From the NCBI GenBank assembly GCA_963677035.1, contig OY781472.1:2879658-2943657 (forward strand): 64,000 nucleotides of DNA. The letters run 5' to 3'. The stretch's first letter is position 1, and every line of letters starts with the position of its first letter. This document shows, piece by piece, positions 40,149-49,836 of this stretch. Both the position numbers and the translations under genes were made by a program. The notes beneath the pieces are model-generated. The model ran no database searches and was not told the DNA's origin. It worked only from the letters and a program-made list of their open reading frames with translations. Source of the DNA: an uncultured Hyphomonas sp. Its GTDB lineage: Bacteria; Pseudomonadota; Alphaproteobacteria; Caulobacterales; Hyphomonadaceae.

Positions 40149-41075
40149 TCAGGCCAAGGGAAGCTGCATAACCGCGAGGTAAAGAAGCGGCATGGTGAGC
40201 ATGGCGAGCACCGTCTCGACGGCAATCAGGTTGGCCGCAAGCGGCGCGTCGCCGCCCAGTTCACGAGCCAGGATGTAGGAGGATGTTGCCGTTGGCGTTG
40301 ACGCACAGATGACGGCGATGGTGAGCGCTGTTCCGGACAGGCCCAACAGTAACCCAAAGCCCACCGCAAAGACCGGAAGGCCCACGAGTCTGACGAGAGA
40401 CCATCCAAAGGTCCGCGGTCCGGCCCGGCGAAGGGCAGACAGGTCGACGCCCGCGCCTGCGGACAACAAACCCAGCGCGAGCGCAGCGTTCCCTAATATC
40501 CCCAGACTGTCGTCCAGTAGTTCGGGCAGCTCGATATTCGCAGCAGCCAGGCCGAGACCGCACACACATGCGAGGACGATCGGGTTCCGGACCAGCGCCA
40601 GGAGCGGCTTTGGTGCCGGCCCGTGCGGACGGTCTGCATGGGCAATCAACGCATACACAGACAGGACATTCGCGGTCGGGATCATCGCGGCGGCCGCAAT
40701 GGTGACAAGGGCGAGCCCTTCCTGTCCGAACAGAAGGCTGCCGATCGACAGGCCGATCATCGTGTTCCAACGCACGTTTGACTGGATGACAGATCCGACA
40801 GCCGGCCTGGGCATATTTGGCAGGAAGCGCCCGAGTAGGCCGACACCGGCGAGCGCGAACTGGGCCAGGATCAGCGCCCCGGCCAGCCGCCAGGGTGCCG
40901 TTTCAAAGGGGGCGTTTGCGAGTGTCCGGACAATGAGGGCAGGGAAAAGGACGACATAAGAGAGCCGCTCAATCGCGCGCCAGCTTTCTGTCGGGATCCA
41001 TTTGCGAACCGACAGCACATGACCCAGCGTGACAATCGCGATGACCGGGAGCAGTGCGTAGAGGAAACCGGTCAT
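40149..41075 (-). CDS. AEC (auxin efflux carrier) family transporter
   Basis: About 10 TM segments with an AEC-like layout. The ATG at 41075 overlaps the ruvX stop (ATGA); the track start at 41186 lies inside ruvX. Confidence 0.8.
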   Translation of the reverse strand: MTGFLYALLPVIAIVTLGHVLSVRKWIPTESWRAIERLSYVVLFPALIVRTLANAPFETAPWRLAGALILAQFALAGVGLLGRFLPNMPRPAVGSVIQSNVRWNTMIGLSIGSLLFGQEGLALVTIAAAAMIPTANVLSVYALIAHADRPHGPAPKPLLALVRNPIVLACVCGLGLAAANIELPELLDDSLGILGNAALALGLLSAGAGVDLSALRRAGPRTFGWSLVRLVGLPVFAVGFGLLLGLSGTALTIAVICASTPTATSSYILARELGGDAPLAANLIAVETVLAMLTMPLLYLAVMQLPLA

Positions 41076-41530
41076 GCGCCGCGCTCCAGGCGCTCCAGAG
41101 CCGATTTCAGAATGATCGCCGCCGCAGACGCATCGATCCGTTCGGCGCGCTTCTTTCGCGACAGGTCCGCTTCGAGCATGACCCACTCCGCCTCAGCCGT
41201 TGATAAGCGCTCGTCCTGCAAAAGAATCGGCACATCGCGATGCTTCAGGATGTTCCATGCAAAGGCGCGGACTGATTGGGCGCGCGGCCCTTCGCTGCCA
41301 TCCATGTTGAGCGGCAGGCCAAGGACCAGCCCGACTGCCCGGCGATCATCGTAGAGATGAAATAACCGCTCCAGCACCGGCGCCAGTTTCCGTGCTTTCG
41401 GAATGGTCTCGACCGGGCTGGCGATCATGCGCATCGCGTCGCAGGAGGCCACGCCGACAGTCTTCGTCCCGGGATCGAGCCCGAGCAGAGGACCTTTGGA
41501 AGGAAATTCGGCGATTTCAACGACTGACAT
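41072..41530 (-). CDS. ruvX: Holliday junction resolvase-like nuclease RuvX/YqgF
   Basis: [13 protein letters not shown]-terminal motif, [11 protein letters not shown], and DERLST near the C-terminus. Confidence 0.9.
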   Translation of the reverse strand: MSVVEIAEFPSKGPLLGLDPGTKTVGVASCDAMRMIASPVETIPKARKLAPVLERLFHLYDDRRAVGLVLGLPLNMDGSEGPRAQSVRAFAWNILKHRDVPILLQDERLSTAEAEWVMLEADLSRKKRAERIDASAAAIILKSALERLERGA

Positions 41531-41604
41531 GAGGAGCCCACATAGCGCCTTGATGGGGCGTTGCCTATGGCGTATTCCGGCTTCAGCAATTCCGGAGAGT
41601 TCCC

Positions 41605-41892
41605 ATGAGTGTCACCAAGGATGATGTTCGCAAGGTTGCGCGCCTGTCGCGGATCGCCGTCGACGAGGCTCACCTTGAAGACCTGGCTGGAGAGCTGAAC
41701 GGGATTCTTGGCTGGATCGACCAGCTGAACGAAGTTGATGTTTCCGACGTTGAGCCGATGACGTCCGTGGTCGAAACCAAACTGCCGATGCGGGAAGACG
41801 TGGTGACGGATGGCAACATCCCGGACCAGGTTCTGGCAAATGCTCCACGCACCGAAGATGGCTTCTTCGTGGTGCCAAAGTCGGTCGAGTAG
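41605..41892 (+). CDS. gatC: Asp/Glu-tRNA amidotransferase subunit C
   Basis: 95 aa; V.KVA.LSRI....E.L......L..IL.WIDQL.EVD.. Confidence 0.9.
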   Translation: MSVTKDDVRKVARLSRIAVDEAHLEDLAGELNGILGWIDQLNEVDVSDVEPMTSVVETKLPMREDVVTDGNIPDQVLANAPRTEDGFFVVPKSVE

Positions 41893-41930
41893 CGTTCACC
41901 GCACCGGCAGCGAGAAATCCTCTTAATCCA

Positions 41931-42380
41931 TCAGGAATCTTCCGAACTGGCTTCCGGTTCGTCCTGGGCCGCTTCTGCTTTCGGGTCCCATTTGTGCATG
42001 GACTTTACTGAGCAGCGCGCCGTGCTGAACGGCTGGCCTCGCCGGGGCATGATCGAGTCGGAAACGATAACATTGTCGCCACTGGTCAGGCAGCTGGTTG
42101 ATGTATCGATCATCATGGTCATTGCATGTTCAAGAGGTGTGCAGGTGTTGAAGACCTCAATCAGGTAGTGATCACGGCCTTCTCTCACTGTGAACGTATC
42201 CCGGGTATTGTCCCCGAAACTGTCGATATTGTTGGCAAAGCAAACATGATCAACGTCCTCGCCCAGGCGAGGGTCATCGGCGTATTTCGCAATTCCCGCA
42301 GGTTCACGCTCAGAACCGCCGGTAGAAGCGCATCCGGTGAGGATGAGTAATGTCGTGGCTAATGTCAGACTCGGGCGCAT
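41931..42380 (-). CDS. Hypothetical lipoprotein (possibly DUF6491-like; family recalled from memory, unverified)
   Basis: AAGGAG SD before the ATG at 42380. Lipobox LILTGC|AS, conserved Cys pattern and an acidic tail. Confidence 0.6.
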   Translation of the reverse strand: MRPSLTLATTLLILTGCASTGGSEREPAGIAKYADDPRLGEDVDHVCFANNIDSFGDNTRDTFTVREGRDHYLIEVFNTCTPLEHAMTMMIDTSTSCLTSGDNVIVSDSIMPRRGQPFSTARCSVKSMHKWDPKAEAAQDEPEASSEDS

Positions 42381-42519
42381 TGCCGTCTCCTTCTCGTCAA
42401 ATCCACCCTGAAAATAATGTGACGAACTGATATCTGCCTGACAAGCGCTCTCACAGAGACTTGAACTTTCGTCATAAGCCGTCATAGCAGGCGGTCAGAA
42501 TTGCTGGAGATACGCCACG

Positions 42520-43992
42520 ATGACCGATCTGACGAAACTGACCCTTGCGGACGCTCTGGATGGGCTGAAAGCGAAGAAGTTCTCGTCCCGGGAAATCACG
42601 CAAGACTTCATCCAGACCATTGAAGGCTCGCGGATCCTGAACGCCTATGTGGTGGAGACGCCTGACAAGGCGTTGGAGATGGCGGACAAAGCCGACGCCC
42701 GACTCGCAAAAGGTGAGGGTGGCAGGCTGGAAGGCGCACCCATCGGCGTGAAAGACCTTTATTGCACCAAGGGCGTCCGCACGACGGCCTGCAGCAATAT
42801 TCTCGGAGAGTTCACCCCAAGCTATGAGTCGACCGTTACGCAGAACCTGTGGGACGAGGGGGCGGTAATGCTTGGCAAACTCAATATGGACGAGTTTGCC
42901 ATGGGATCTTCCAATGAGACGTCCCGCTTCGGGCCGCCGATCAATCCATGGCGCCGGAAGGGTGACAATTCCGGCCTGACGCCGGGTGGATCGTCCGGCG
43001 GGTCAGCGACCGCTGTTTCCGGCGACCTTTGCCTCGCGGCGACGGCCTCTGATACCGGCGGATCCATTCGCCAGCCGGCAGCCTTTACCGGCACCGTAGG
43101 GATCAAGCCCACTTATGGCCGGGCCAGCCGGTGGGGTATGGTGGCATTTGCGTCTTCTCTCGACCAGGCAGGTCCGATCGCGAAGACGGTTGAAGACTCT
43201 GCAATCCTGCTGGACGTGATGTGCAGTCATGATCCGAAGGATTCCACATCCCTCAAGGCCGACCAGCCAGACTGGCGCGCCGACGTCTCGAAAGGCGTCA
43301 AAGGCATGCGCATCGGTATTCCGAAAGAATACCGCATGGATGGCATGTCGGAGGAAATCGATGCGCTTTGGAACCAGGGCACTGAGTGGCTGAAAGCGGC
43401 TGGTGCCGAGATCGTCGATATCAGCCTGCCGCACACAAAATACGCTTTGCCCGCCTATTACATCGTGGCCCCGGCAGAAGCGTCTTCGAACCTCGCGCGC
43501 TATGACGGAATGCGTTACGGCACGCGTGTCGCGGGTGATAACCTGACTGAGACTTATGAATCGACCCGGGGCAACGGGTTTGGCCGTGAGGTTCAGCGTC
43601 GCCTGATGATCGGCACCTATGTGCTTTCGTCAGGCTACTACGATGCCTATTACCTGCGGGCTCAAAAGGTACGCACCAAGATCCTGAACGATTTCGTTGA
43701 TGCCTTTGAAAGCTGCGATGCGATCCTGACGCCGACATGTCCGTCGCCCGCGTTTGCTTTTGGCGAGAAGAGCGGCGATCCAGTGGATATGTACCTCAAC
43801 GATGTCTTCACGGTGACCACGAACCTGGCCGGCCTACCCGGTATTTCGGTGCCCGCCGGCCTGTCAGCTGATGGCCTGCCGCTGGGCCTTCAGGTGATCG
43901 GCAAGGCACTGGACGAGTCAGCCTGTTTCCGCGTTGGCGGCGAGCTGGAACGTGCAGCCGGCTTCGTGGCCAGACCGGAGAAGTGGTGGTAG
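42520..43992 (+). CDS. gatA: Glu-tRNA(Gln)/Asp-tRNA(Asn) amidotransferase subunit A
   Basis: Amidase signature GGSSGGSA and a catalytic Ser-cisSer-Lys context. Confidence 0.95.
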   Translation: MTDLTKLTLADALDGLKAKKFSSREITQDFIQTIEGSRILNAYVVETPDKALEMADKADARLAKGEGGRLEGAPIGVKDLYCTKGVRTTACSNILGEFTPSYESTVTQNLWDEGAVMLGKLNMDEFAMGSSNETSRFGPPINPWRRKGDNSGLTPGGSSGGSATAVSGDLCLAATASDTGGSIRQPAAFTGTVGIKPTYGRASRWGMVAFASSLDQAGPIAKTVEDSAILLDVMCSHDPKDSTSLKADQPDWRADVSKGVKGMRIGIPKEYRMDGMSEEIDALWNQGTEWLKAAGAEIVDISLPHTKYALPAYYIVAPAEASSNLARYDGMRYGTRVAGDNLTETYESTRGNGFGREVQRRLMIGTYVLSSGYYDAYYLRAQKVRTKILNDFVDAFESCDAILTPTCPSPAFAFGEKSGDPVDMYLNDVFTVTTNLAGLPGISVPAGLSADGLPLGLQVIGKALDESACFRVGGELERAAGFVARPEKWW

Positions 43993-44002
43993 GCTTCAAG
44001 CC

Positions 44003-44476
44003 ATGATCCGCTTTCTCGTTTTATTCGGAGCGCTGCTCCTGATCGCGCTTCTTATGACGGCTGGGATGCTGTCGCAGAACGGCTACAGCCTAACGGACCC
44101 CGCCATGGCGCCGATGGTGTTCGTCTCCATTTTGGTTGCTGGCTACGTCTCATGGCGAATCAACGGCATTTTGAAACGCCGGGACCAATCGCGCGGCGCG
44201 GGTCCGGACAGGGCGGGCGGTAAATCCGGGGGACTCTTCTCCTCCAGACCGTCGGCGGCCCAGTCTGCGCGGGCTGCGCGCGTGGCTGCGCGCCGGAAGA
44301 AGCTGATCTCGGAAGGCAAGCTGGAAGCCGAATCCGACCCCGAACCCGAACCGGAAGCGCCCCCGGAACCGGAAAAAGCTCCGGCAGCACGCGTTTCCCA
44401 GGCATCACCGATCAAGGATCGGATGGCTGCCCGGGCAGAACGGGTCAGGCAAGCGAAGGAACAGGGGAAGCTTTAG
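44003..44476 (+). CDS. Hypothetical membrane protein (2 TM plus a charged, disordered tail with a PEPEPE run)
   Basis: ATG 10 nt after the gatA stop and GC3-rich codons. No family recognised; the track start at 43934 overlaps gatA. Confidence 0.5.
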   Translation: MIRFLVLFGALLLIALLMTAGMLSQNGYSLTDPAMAPMVFVSILVAGYVSWRINGILKRRDQSRGAGPDRAGGKSGGLFSSRPSAAQSARAARVAARRKKLISEGKLEAESDPEPEPEAPPEPEKAPAARVSQASPIKDRMAARAERVRQAKEQGKL

Positions 44477-44831
44477 GAGCTTTCTTGCGTTTGCCCGCTG
44501 GCGCCGTATCTGCGGAGCTGACCACAGGTGCCTTCGTGCCGCCGCGGGGCTCATCATCATCATCCGCTTTTTCACCACGATCCGCGATCCGCGTCACGTG
44601 AACCCCCGCACCGATTAGTCCGCCGATCGGGCCGAACTGAAGCAGTACGGCCAGGATGAACAGAATCGGAATGTTCATATCCAGCTTGCCGAGTGTCAGG
44701 AACAGGGCGCCAAACATGGTGCCGCCGAAGATCAGGCCGATGGCGAAACCGGCAATTATGTGGCGCAGGAAGCCCTGCGCGATGTGGCGTTCGTCATCGC
44801 TGGCGCCATCAAGGATCATTTTGAAGAGCAT
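44445..44831 (-). CDS. Hypothetical membrane protein (3 TM plus a Lys/Asp-rich tail)
   Basis: GC3-rich ORF with hydrophobic segments. Its 3' end overlaps the convergent gene at 44003-44476 by 32 nt. Confidence 0.5.
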   Translation of the reverse strand: MLFKMILDGASDDERHIAQGFLRHIIAGFAIGLIFGGTMFGALFLTLGKLDMNIPILFILAVLLQFGPIGGLIGAGVHVTRIADRGEKADDDDEPRGGTKAPVVSSADTAPAGKRKKAPKASPVPSLA

Positions 44832-45032
44832 TTTTTATCTTTCCCCTTCGCGCTTCCTCCCGAAGCAGTCGGGTAAATTTGCCGCACATCGGGACCTAGG
44901 AAAACCCCTTAGTTTTCACGAAGTCCATAAAACCGGATATTTCAGTGCCTTGCACGGTGTCAGCACGGCTCGACAGGGCCGTCCGCAGGGGGGTAAAAGG
45001 TCCGGATTCTTCTGCGACCAATCGAGGAAAGC

Positions 45033-46544
45033 ATGTCTGTACGCACTCCCTACACAATCAAGGGCGACACAGGTGACTGGGAACTTGTGATGGGCCTCGA
45101 AGTCCACGCTCAGGTTGCCTCCAATGCGAAGCTGTTTTCCGGGGCCGCCACCGCGTTTGGCGCCGATCCGAACTGCAATGTGTCTCTGGTCGATGCGGCC
45201 ATGCCGGGCATGCTGCCGGTCATCAACAGGTTCTGCGTCGAACAGGCGATCCGCACCGGGCTTGGCCTGAAGGCACAGATCAATCACTACAGCCGCTTTG
45301 ACCGTAAGAATTATTTCTATCCCGACCTGCCGCAGGGCTATCAGATCAGCCAGTTTGCGCATCCGATTGTCGGTGAGGGCGAGATTGAAGTGGACGTGGA
45401 GCCGGCCCATGGTGGGGAAGCCTACTCGTTCCCGTGCCGGATCGAGCGCCTGCATCTGGAGCAGGATGCGGGCAAGTCCATCCACGACATGGACCCGAAC
45501 TCTACCTATGTGGACCTGAACCGGTCCGGTGTGGCGCTGATGGAAATCGTCTCCCGTCCGGACGTTCGGACACCGGCGGAGGCGGCCGCGTATGTGAAGA
45601 AGCTGCGCGCCATCGTCATCGCGCTCGGCACCTGCGATGGTGACATGGAAAAGGGCAATCTGCGTGCTGACGTGAACGTATCTGTCTGCAAGCCTGGCCA
45701 GTATGAGAAATACCGCGAGACGGGTGATTTTGGCCATCTCGGCACGCGCTGCGAGATCAAGAACATGAACTCGTTCCGCTTCATCCAGCAGGCCATCGAG
45801 TATGAAGCGCGGCGCCAGATCGAAATCATCGAAGCCGGCGGCAAAGTGGATCAGGAAACCCGCCTGTTCGATCCGAACAAGGGCGAGACCCGGTCCATGC
45901 GCTCCAAGGAAGATGCGCACGACTATCGCTACTTCCCGGATCCGGACCTTTTGCCGCTGGAAGTGGAAGAAGCCTGGATTGAGGAAATCCGCTCGACGCT
46001 GCCGGAACTGCCGGACGAGAAGCGTGCGCGTTTCGAGGCCGACTACGGGCTGTCGCGCTACGATGCTGGTGTTCTGACGGCAGAAGCCGAAAAAGCCGCC
46101 TTCTTTGAGGAAGTCGCCAAGGGACGTGATGCAAAGCTCGCGGCTAACTGGGTGACACAGGAGCTGTTCGGTTATCTCAACAAGGAAGACCTTGAGTTGT
46201 CCGAAAGCCCGGTTTCAGCGGCGGATCTCGGCGGCCTGATCGAACTGATCTCGAATGACACGATCAGTGGCAAGATCGCCAAGGACGTCTTTGGGCGGAT
46301 GATCGCTGGTGAAGGCAAGCCGGCCGAGATCGTCGAGAAGCACGGCCTGAAGCAGGTCACCGACACCGGCGCGATTGAGAAGGTTGTCGATGAAATCATC
46401 GCGGCAAACCCGGAACAGGTCGCTCAGGTCAAGGAAAAGCCGAAGACCATGGGCTGGTTCGTCGGCCAGGTGATGAAGGCTTCGGGCGGCAAGGCCAACC
46501 CGAAAGCCGTCAACGATATCCTGAAAGCAAAGCTCGGCCTGTAA
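45033..46544 (+). CDS. gatB: Asp/Glu-tRNA amidotransferase subunit B
   Basis: GLEVHAQ, YFYPDLP.GYQISQ and LEQDAGK motifs, plus a C-terminal GatB/YqeY domain. Confidence 0.95.
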   Translation: MSVRTPYTIKGDTGDWELVMGLEVHAQVASNAKLFSGAATAFGADPNCNVSLVDAAMPGMLPVINRFCVEQAIRTGLGLKAQINHYSRFDRKNYFYPDLPQGYQISQFAHPIVGEGEIEVDVEPAHGGEAYSFPCRIERLHLEQDAGKSIHDMDPNSTYVDLNRSGVALMEIVSRPDVRTPAEAAAYVKKLRAIVIALGTCDGDMEKGNLRADVNVSVCKPGQYEKYRETGDFGHLGTRCEIKNMNSFRFIQQAIEYEARRQIEIIEAGGKVDQETRLFDPNKGETRSMRSKEDAHDYRYFPDPDLLPLEVEEAWIEEIRSTLPELPDEKRARFEADYGLSRYDAGVLTAEAEKAAFFEEVAKGRDAKLAANWVTQELFGYLNKEDLELSESPVSAADLGGLIELISNDTISGKIAKDVFGRMIAGEGKPAEIVEKHGLKQVTDTGAIEKVVDEIIAANPEQVAQVKEKPKTMGWFVGQVMKASGGKANPKAVNDILKAKLGL

Positions 46545-46548
46545 GCGC

Positions 46549-46983
46549 TCAGAGCGCGGCGCGAATTTTTTCCGCGATCGGTTCCAGTTCTTCCGGTTTC
46601 GCCATGCCACCTTCGGCGTGGCGGCCGAGGGGCTTGTCTTCCCAGCGCGGGATGATGTGGAAGTGCAGGTGATAGACGGTCTGACCGGCCGGGGCGCCAT
46701 TGAACTGGCTGACCATCAGGCCGTCCGGTGTCAGGGCTTTCTCGACGGCACGGGCGACTTTCTGCACCTTCAGCATGTACTGGCCAAGATAGTCTGATGG
46801 CATGTCGAGGAAATTCCGGGCCTGTACCAGCTTTGGAATGACCAGCGTGTGCCCTTCGCTTTGAGGGAAGACATCCATGAAGGCGAGGGCCACGTCGTCC
46901 TCATACACCTTGATGCTCGGCATTTCGCCTTTGATGATTTTCGCAAAAATGTTGTTCGGTTCGTAAGAGTCGTGAAGCGTCAA
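46549..46983 (-). CDS. HIT (histidine triad) family protein, HinT-like
   Basis: NIFAKIIKGEMP N-terminus and HLHFHIIPR triad. TTG start 1 nt after the upstream stop. Confidence 0.9.
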   Translation of the reverse strand: MTLHDSYEPNNIFAKIIKGEMPSIKVYEDDVALAFMDVFPQSEGHTLVIPKLVQARNFLDMPSDYLGQYMLKVQKVARAVEKALTPDGLMVSQFNGAPAGQTVYHLHFHIIPRWEDKPLGRHAEGGMAKPEELEPIAEKIRAAL

Positions 46984-46984
46984 T

Positions 46985-47395
46985 TTAGGGCCTTTCCAGA
47001 ATTGTCATGTGTTTTTCGTCATCGCTTGTTCGGTGTTTCCAGATCAATGCCATTCCGGCGAGAATGATCAGCGGATCAAGGGAAATCAAAACCATTGCCC
47101 ATGCCCGCCATCTTATGCGCTTGGGGACAACGTAGATAACGGGTTCCTGCAGCGCTTCCTCCAGACGGACTGCCGCAGTGTCCTTCATGTTCCGCACATA
47201 CTCCCGGGCAGCTTTCAGCTGTCTGGTCGGAATGCTGATCCTGATGCCACCCAGCGCAGGGATGTAAAAGGGATTGATGGATGTGTGGCCATAATTGTCT
47301 ACTGTCGCGTTGAAGCCGCCATCGGTCAGCAAGGAAGCAACGATCTGCGCTTCTTCCATCATCAGATAGGTGCCAAATGTAGATCTGGGGCTCAT
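46985..47395 (-). CDS. DUF2007-like small protein with C-terminal TM
   Basis: The N-terminal EEAQIVASLLTDGGFNATVDN pattern resembles the DUF2007 domain (from memory), with a C-terminal TM (WAMVLISLDPLIILAGMALIW). ATGA overlap with the upstream gene. Confidence 0.55.
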   Translation of the reverse strand: MSPRSTFGTYLMMEEAQIVASLLTDGGFNATVDNYGHTSINPFYIPALGGIRISIPTRQLKAAREYVRNMKDTAAVRLEEALQEPVIYVVPKRIRWRAWAMVLISLDPLIILAGMALIWKHRTSDDEKHMTILERP

Positions 47396-48564
47396 TCGCC
47401 CTTCTTAAACGGCGTTCGCTCGTTCAGGTAGTCCAGATCGTGTTCAACAGCGGCGCGTTCGCGTTCGAGATAATCGGCCACGGCATCCCGCAGGCCGGGA
47501 TGGGCGATCCAGTGAGCGGAATATGTCAGCACCGGGACATATCCCCGTGCCAGCTTGTGGCCGCCCTGCGCGCCTGCCTCGACGATCGCAAGCTTGTTGG
47601 CGATGGCATAATCAATTGCCTGATAGTAGCAGGTTTCAAAGTGCAGCATCGGGCGCGGGTCGAGTGTGCCCCAGTACCGGCCGTACAGTGTGTCCGAGCC
47701 GATCAGGTTCAGCGCCCCGGCAATCGCTTCTCCGTCTTCCATCGCAAAGATGAGGAGCATGTCGTCTGCCATGCGCTCCCGGAGGAGAGAGAAGGTCAGG
47801 CGGGTCAGGTATGGCGACCCCCATTTTCGGCTGCCGGTATCGAGGTAGAACTCAAAGAACCGGTCGAGATGCTCTTCCGTGATATCGTCGCCGCGAAGAT
47901 GCAGGAATTCGAGGCCAGCCTGTGCTTTCGCGCGTTCCTTGCGAAGGTTCTTGCGTTTCGACGAGGACAAAACAGACAGGAAATCGTCGAAGCTCTCATA
48001 TCCGTCATTGAACCAGTGGAATTGCTGATCGGTCCGGCAGAGCATGCCGTTGAGCATCAGGGATTGAGAATCTTCTTCTTTGAGGAAGTTGATGTGCAGT
48101 GATGAGAGTTTGTTCTGCTCGGCGAAGCTGACCGCTGCGTTCAGCAGCAGGGCCTTGATCCGGGCTTCGTCCGGGCCGGGGGGCGTGAGGCGCCGGCGGC
48201 CAGTGACCGGTGTGAAGGGCACGGCGCTCAACAGTTTCGGATAGTAGGCACCACCTGCGCGTTCGAAGGCGTCGGCCCAGGAATGATCGAAGACGAACTC
48301 CCCGCGGGAATGGGTCTTGCCATAAAGCGGCATGGCGCCGCGCAGAACATCGTTCGCATCGCGAACCAGAATGTGGCGCGGAATCCAGCCCGTTTCGGGC
48401 GTGGCCGCGCCTGAGCTTTCCAGCGCCTCAAGAAACTCCCAGCTCAGAAACGGATCCCGGCGCATGCCCGGAGGATTTGCAACAGCATTCCACTCATCGG
48501 GATCGACTTCTTCAAGTCCGGTGACGATGTCGATGCGGAAGTTCGTTTCGTCCATAGGGTCCAA
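47392..48564 (-). CDS. FemAB-like / DUF482 (PF04339-type) GNAT-fold acyltransferase
   Basis: About 390 aa with the DPFLSWEFLEALESSG N-terminal motif typical of DUF482 as I recall it. Start is ambiguous (TTG 48564 or ATG 48555). Confidence 0.7.
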   Translation of the reverse strand: MDPMDETNFRIDIVTGLEEVDPDEWNAVANPPGMRRDPFLSWEFLEALESSGAATPETGWIPRHILVRDANDVLRGAMPLYGKTHSRGEFVFDHSWADAFERAGGAYYPKLLSAVPFTPVTGRRRLTPPGPDEARIKALLLNAAVSFAEQNKLSSLHINFLKEEDSQSLMLNGMLCRTDQQFHWFNDGYESFDDFLSVLSSSKRKNLRKERAKAQAGLEFLHLRGDDITEEHLDRFFEFYLDTGSRKWGSPYLTRLTFSLLRERMADDMLLIFAMEDGEAIAGALNLIGSDTLYGRYWGTLDPRPMLHFETCYYQAIDYAIANKLAIVEAGAQGGHKLARGYVPVLTYSAHWIAHPGLRDAVADYLERERAAVEHDLDYLNERTPFKKGE

Positions 48565-48565
48565 T

Positions 48566-49300
48566 CTAGGTGTTCAGCCGCCGTGACACCAGTTCCGGAT
48601 CCATATGTTCGAAAATCACGGCGGCGTTCTGCGCCTTGCAGCGTTCGAGATTGTCTTCGCCGCGCACCGTCCAGACAATGACAGGCAGATTGCTGCCCTG
48701 AGATTTGAGGGCCGCGCGTTCGACGTCCGACGTGTGGACAGCCAGATAGTCGATCCTGTCCCGAACGGCTCTTTCGAGAACGCCATCGAAATTGTCTTTC
48801 CCGATTTTGACCGCCGCGCCGATCAGCTGGCCGCGCATCAGTCCCATCGGCAGGGCGCGGACTGCCTCTTCGGAAAAACTCATCGCTGCTGCGAAGCCTT
48901 TCCAATGTGCCAGACGGTCGCCGACCCGGCGGGCAAAGGCTTCCGGATCCGTATTGCCGTCGATCTTGAGTTCAGTCAGCAGCGGCAGCTGATAGGGCCA
49001 GATGCGAAGAAGTTCGAGGAACGCCGGAATTCGTTCCGATGTATCCGCAAGTGAAAGTCTGCCCAATTCTTTCGAATTCAGCTCTTCCGTCTTGCCGGAA
49101 CGTTTTGTCATCCGGTCGAGGGTGTCGTCATGGAACACGACCGGTGTGCCGTCGCGTGCCGGCCGGACATCGAATTCGATGCCCAGGCCAGCTGTCCGCG
49201 CGCACCGGAAGGCTTCAAGCGAGTTTTCCGGAGGGCCATTTGCCGACCAAAGACCGCGGTGCGCGTAGCTGAACTTGCGGGGGTCGAACGGCGTGGCCAT
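48566..49300 (-). CDS. Glycerophosphodiester phosphodiesterase family protein
   Basis: GDPD catalytic pattern HRG...ENS..AF....G...E.DV....DG.PVVFHDD.LDR. Confidence 0.85.
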   Translation of the reverse strand: MATPFDPRKFSYAHRGLWSANGPPENSLEAFRCARTAGLGIEFDVRPARDGTPVVFHDDTLDRMTKRSGKTEELNSKELGRLSLADTSERIPAFLELLRIWPYQLPLLTELKIDGNTDPEAFARRVGDRLAHWKGFAAAMSFSEEAVRALPMGLMRGQLIGAAVKIGKDNFDGVLERAVRDRIDYLAVHTSDVERAALKSQGSNLPVIVWTVRGEDNLERCKAQNAAVIFEHMDPELVSRRLNT

Positions 49301-49302
49301 GG

Positions 49303-49764
49303 CTAGTCGGCGAACTCGATAATGGCGTCGACTTCAACGGCGACGCCGAGCGGAAGGACCGGGCAGGCGACTGCTGAACGGGCGTGCCGGCCGGCATCAG
49401 CGAAGACTTCGACCATCAGGTCAGAGCAACCATTAATGACCTGCGGGATGTCTTTGAAGTCAGGATGGGCATTCACGAATCCGCCGAGCTTCACAACTTG
49501 CTTCACGCGCGAAAGATCTCCCAGGGCTGCTTTGCATTGGGAGATGATGTTGATTCCGCACTGCCTGGCAGCGTGCTGGCCGGCGGAGAGTTCCATGCTC
49601 TCACCCAGCCGGCCGATCATAAGGCCCTCTGGGCTTGCACTGACCTGGCCAGAGATGAACAGCATGTTCCCGGTCATGACGTAGGGCACATAAGTGGCCA
49701 CCGGCTTCATCGGTTCAGGAAGCGTAATGCCGAGGCTGTCGAGGCGTTCTTCAGGGGTGCTCAT
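49303..49764 (-). CDS. RidA/YjgF family protein
   Basis: YjgF fold length. ATG 49764 is preceded by GGAGA 7 nt upstream. ..LFISGQ.. and the C-terminal VEVDAI motif are present. Confidence 0.85.
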   Translation of the reverse strand: MSTPEERLDSLGITLPEPMKPVATYVPYVMTGNMLFISGQVSASPEGLMIGRLGESMELSAGQHAARQCGINIISQCKAALGDLSRVKQVVKLGGFVNAHPDFKDIPQVINGCSDLMVEVFADAGRHARSAVACPVLPLGVAVEVDAIIEFAD

Positions 49765-49836
49765 GGAAATATCTCCGGATTGGTTCACTTGCCGCAGACT
49801 TGCCGCACGCCGCTCCGGGCCGCAAGCATCATACGC

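Noticed and set aside
44925-45015. Possible degenerate copy of the 2056-2157 palindromic element upstream of gatB (ACCGGATATTT and AAGGTCCGGAT fragments).
   Set aside because: Only two matches of about 10 nt exist, and the two ends do not form a convincing inverted repeat. Could be chance or a heavily eroded relic.
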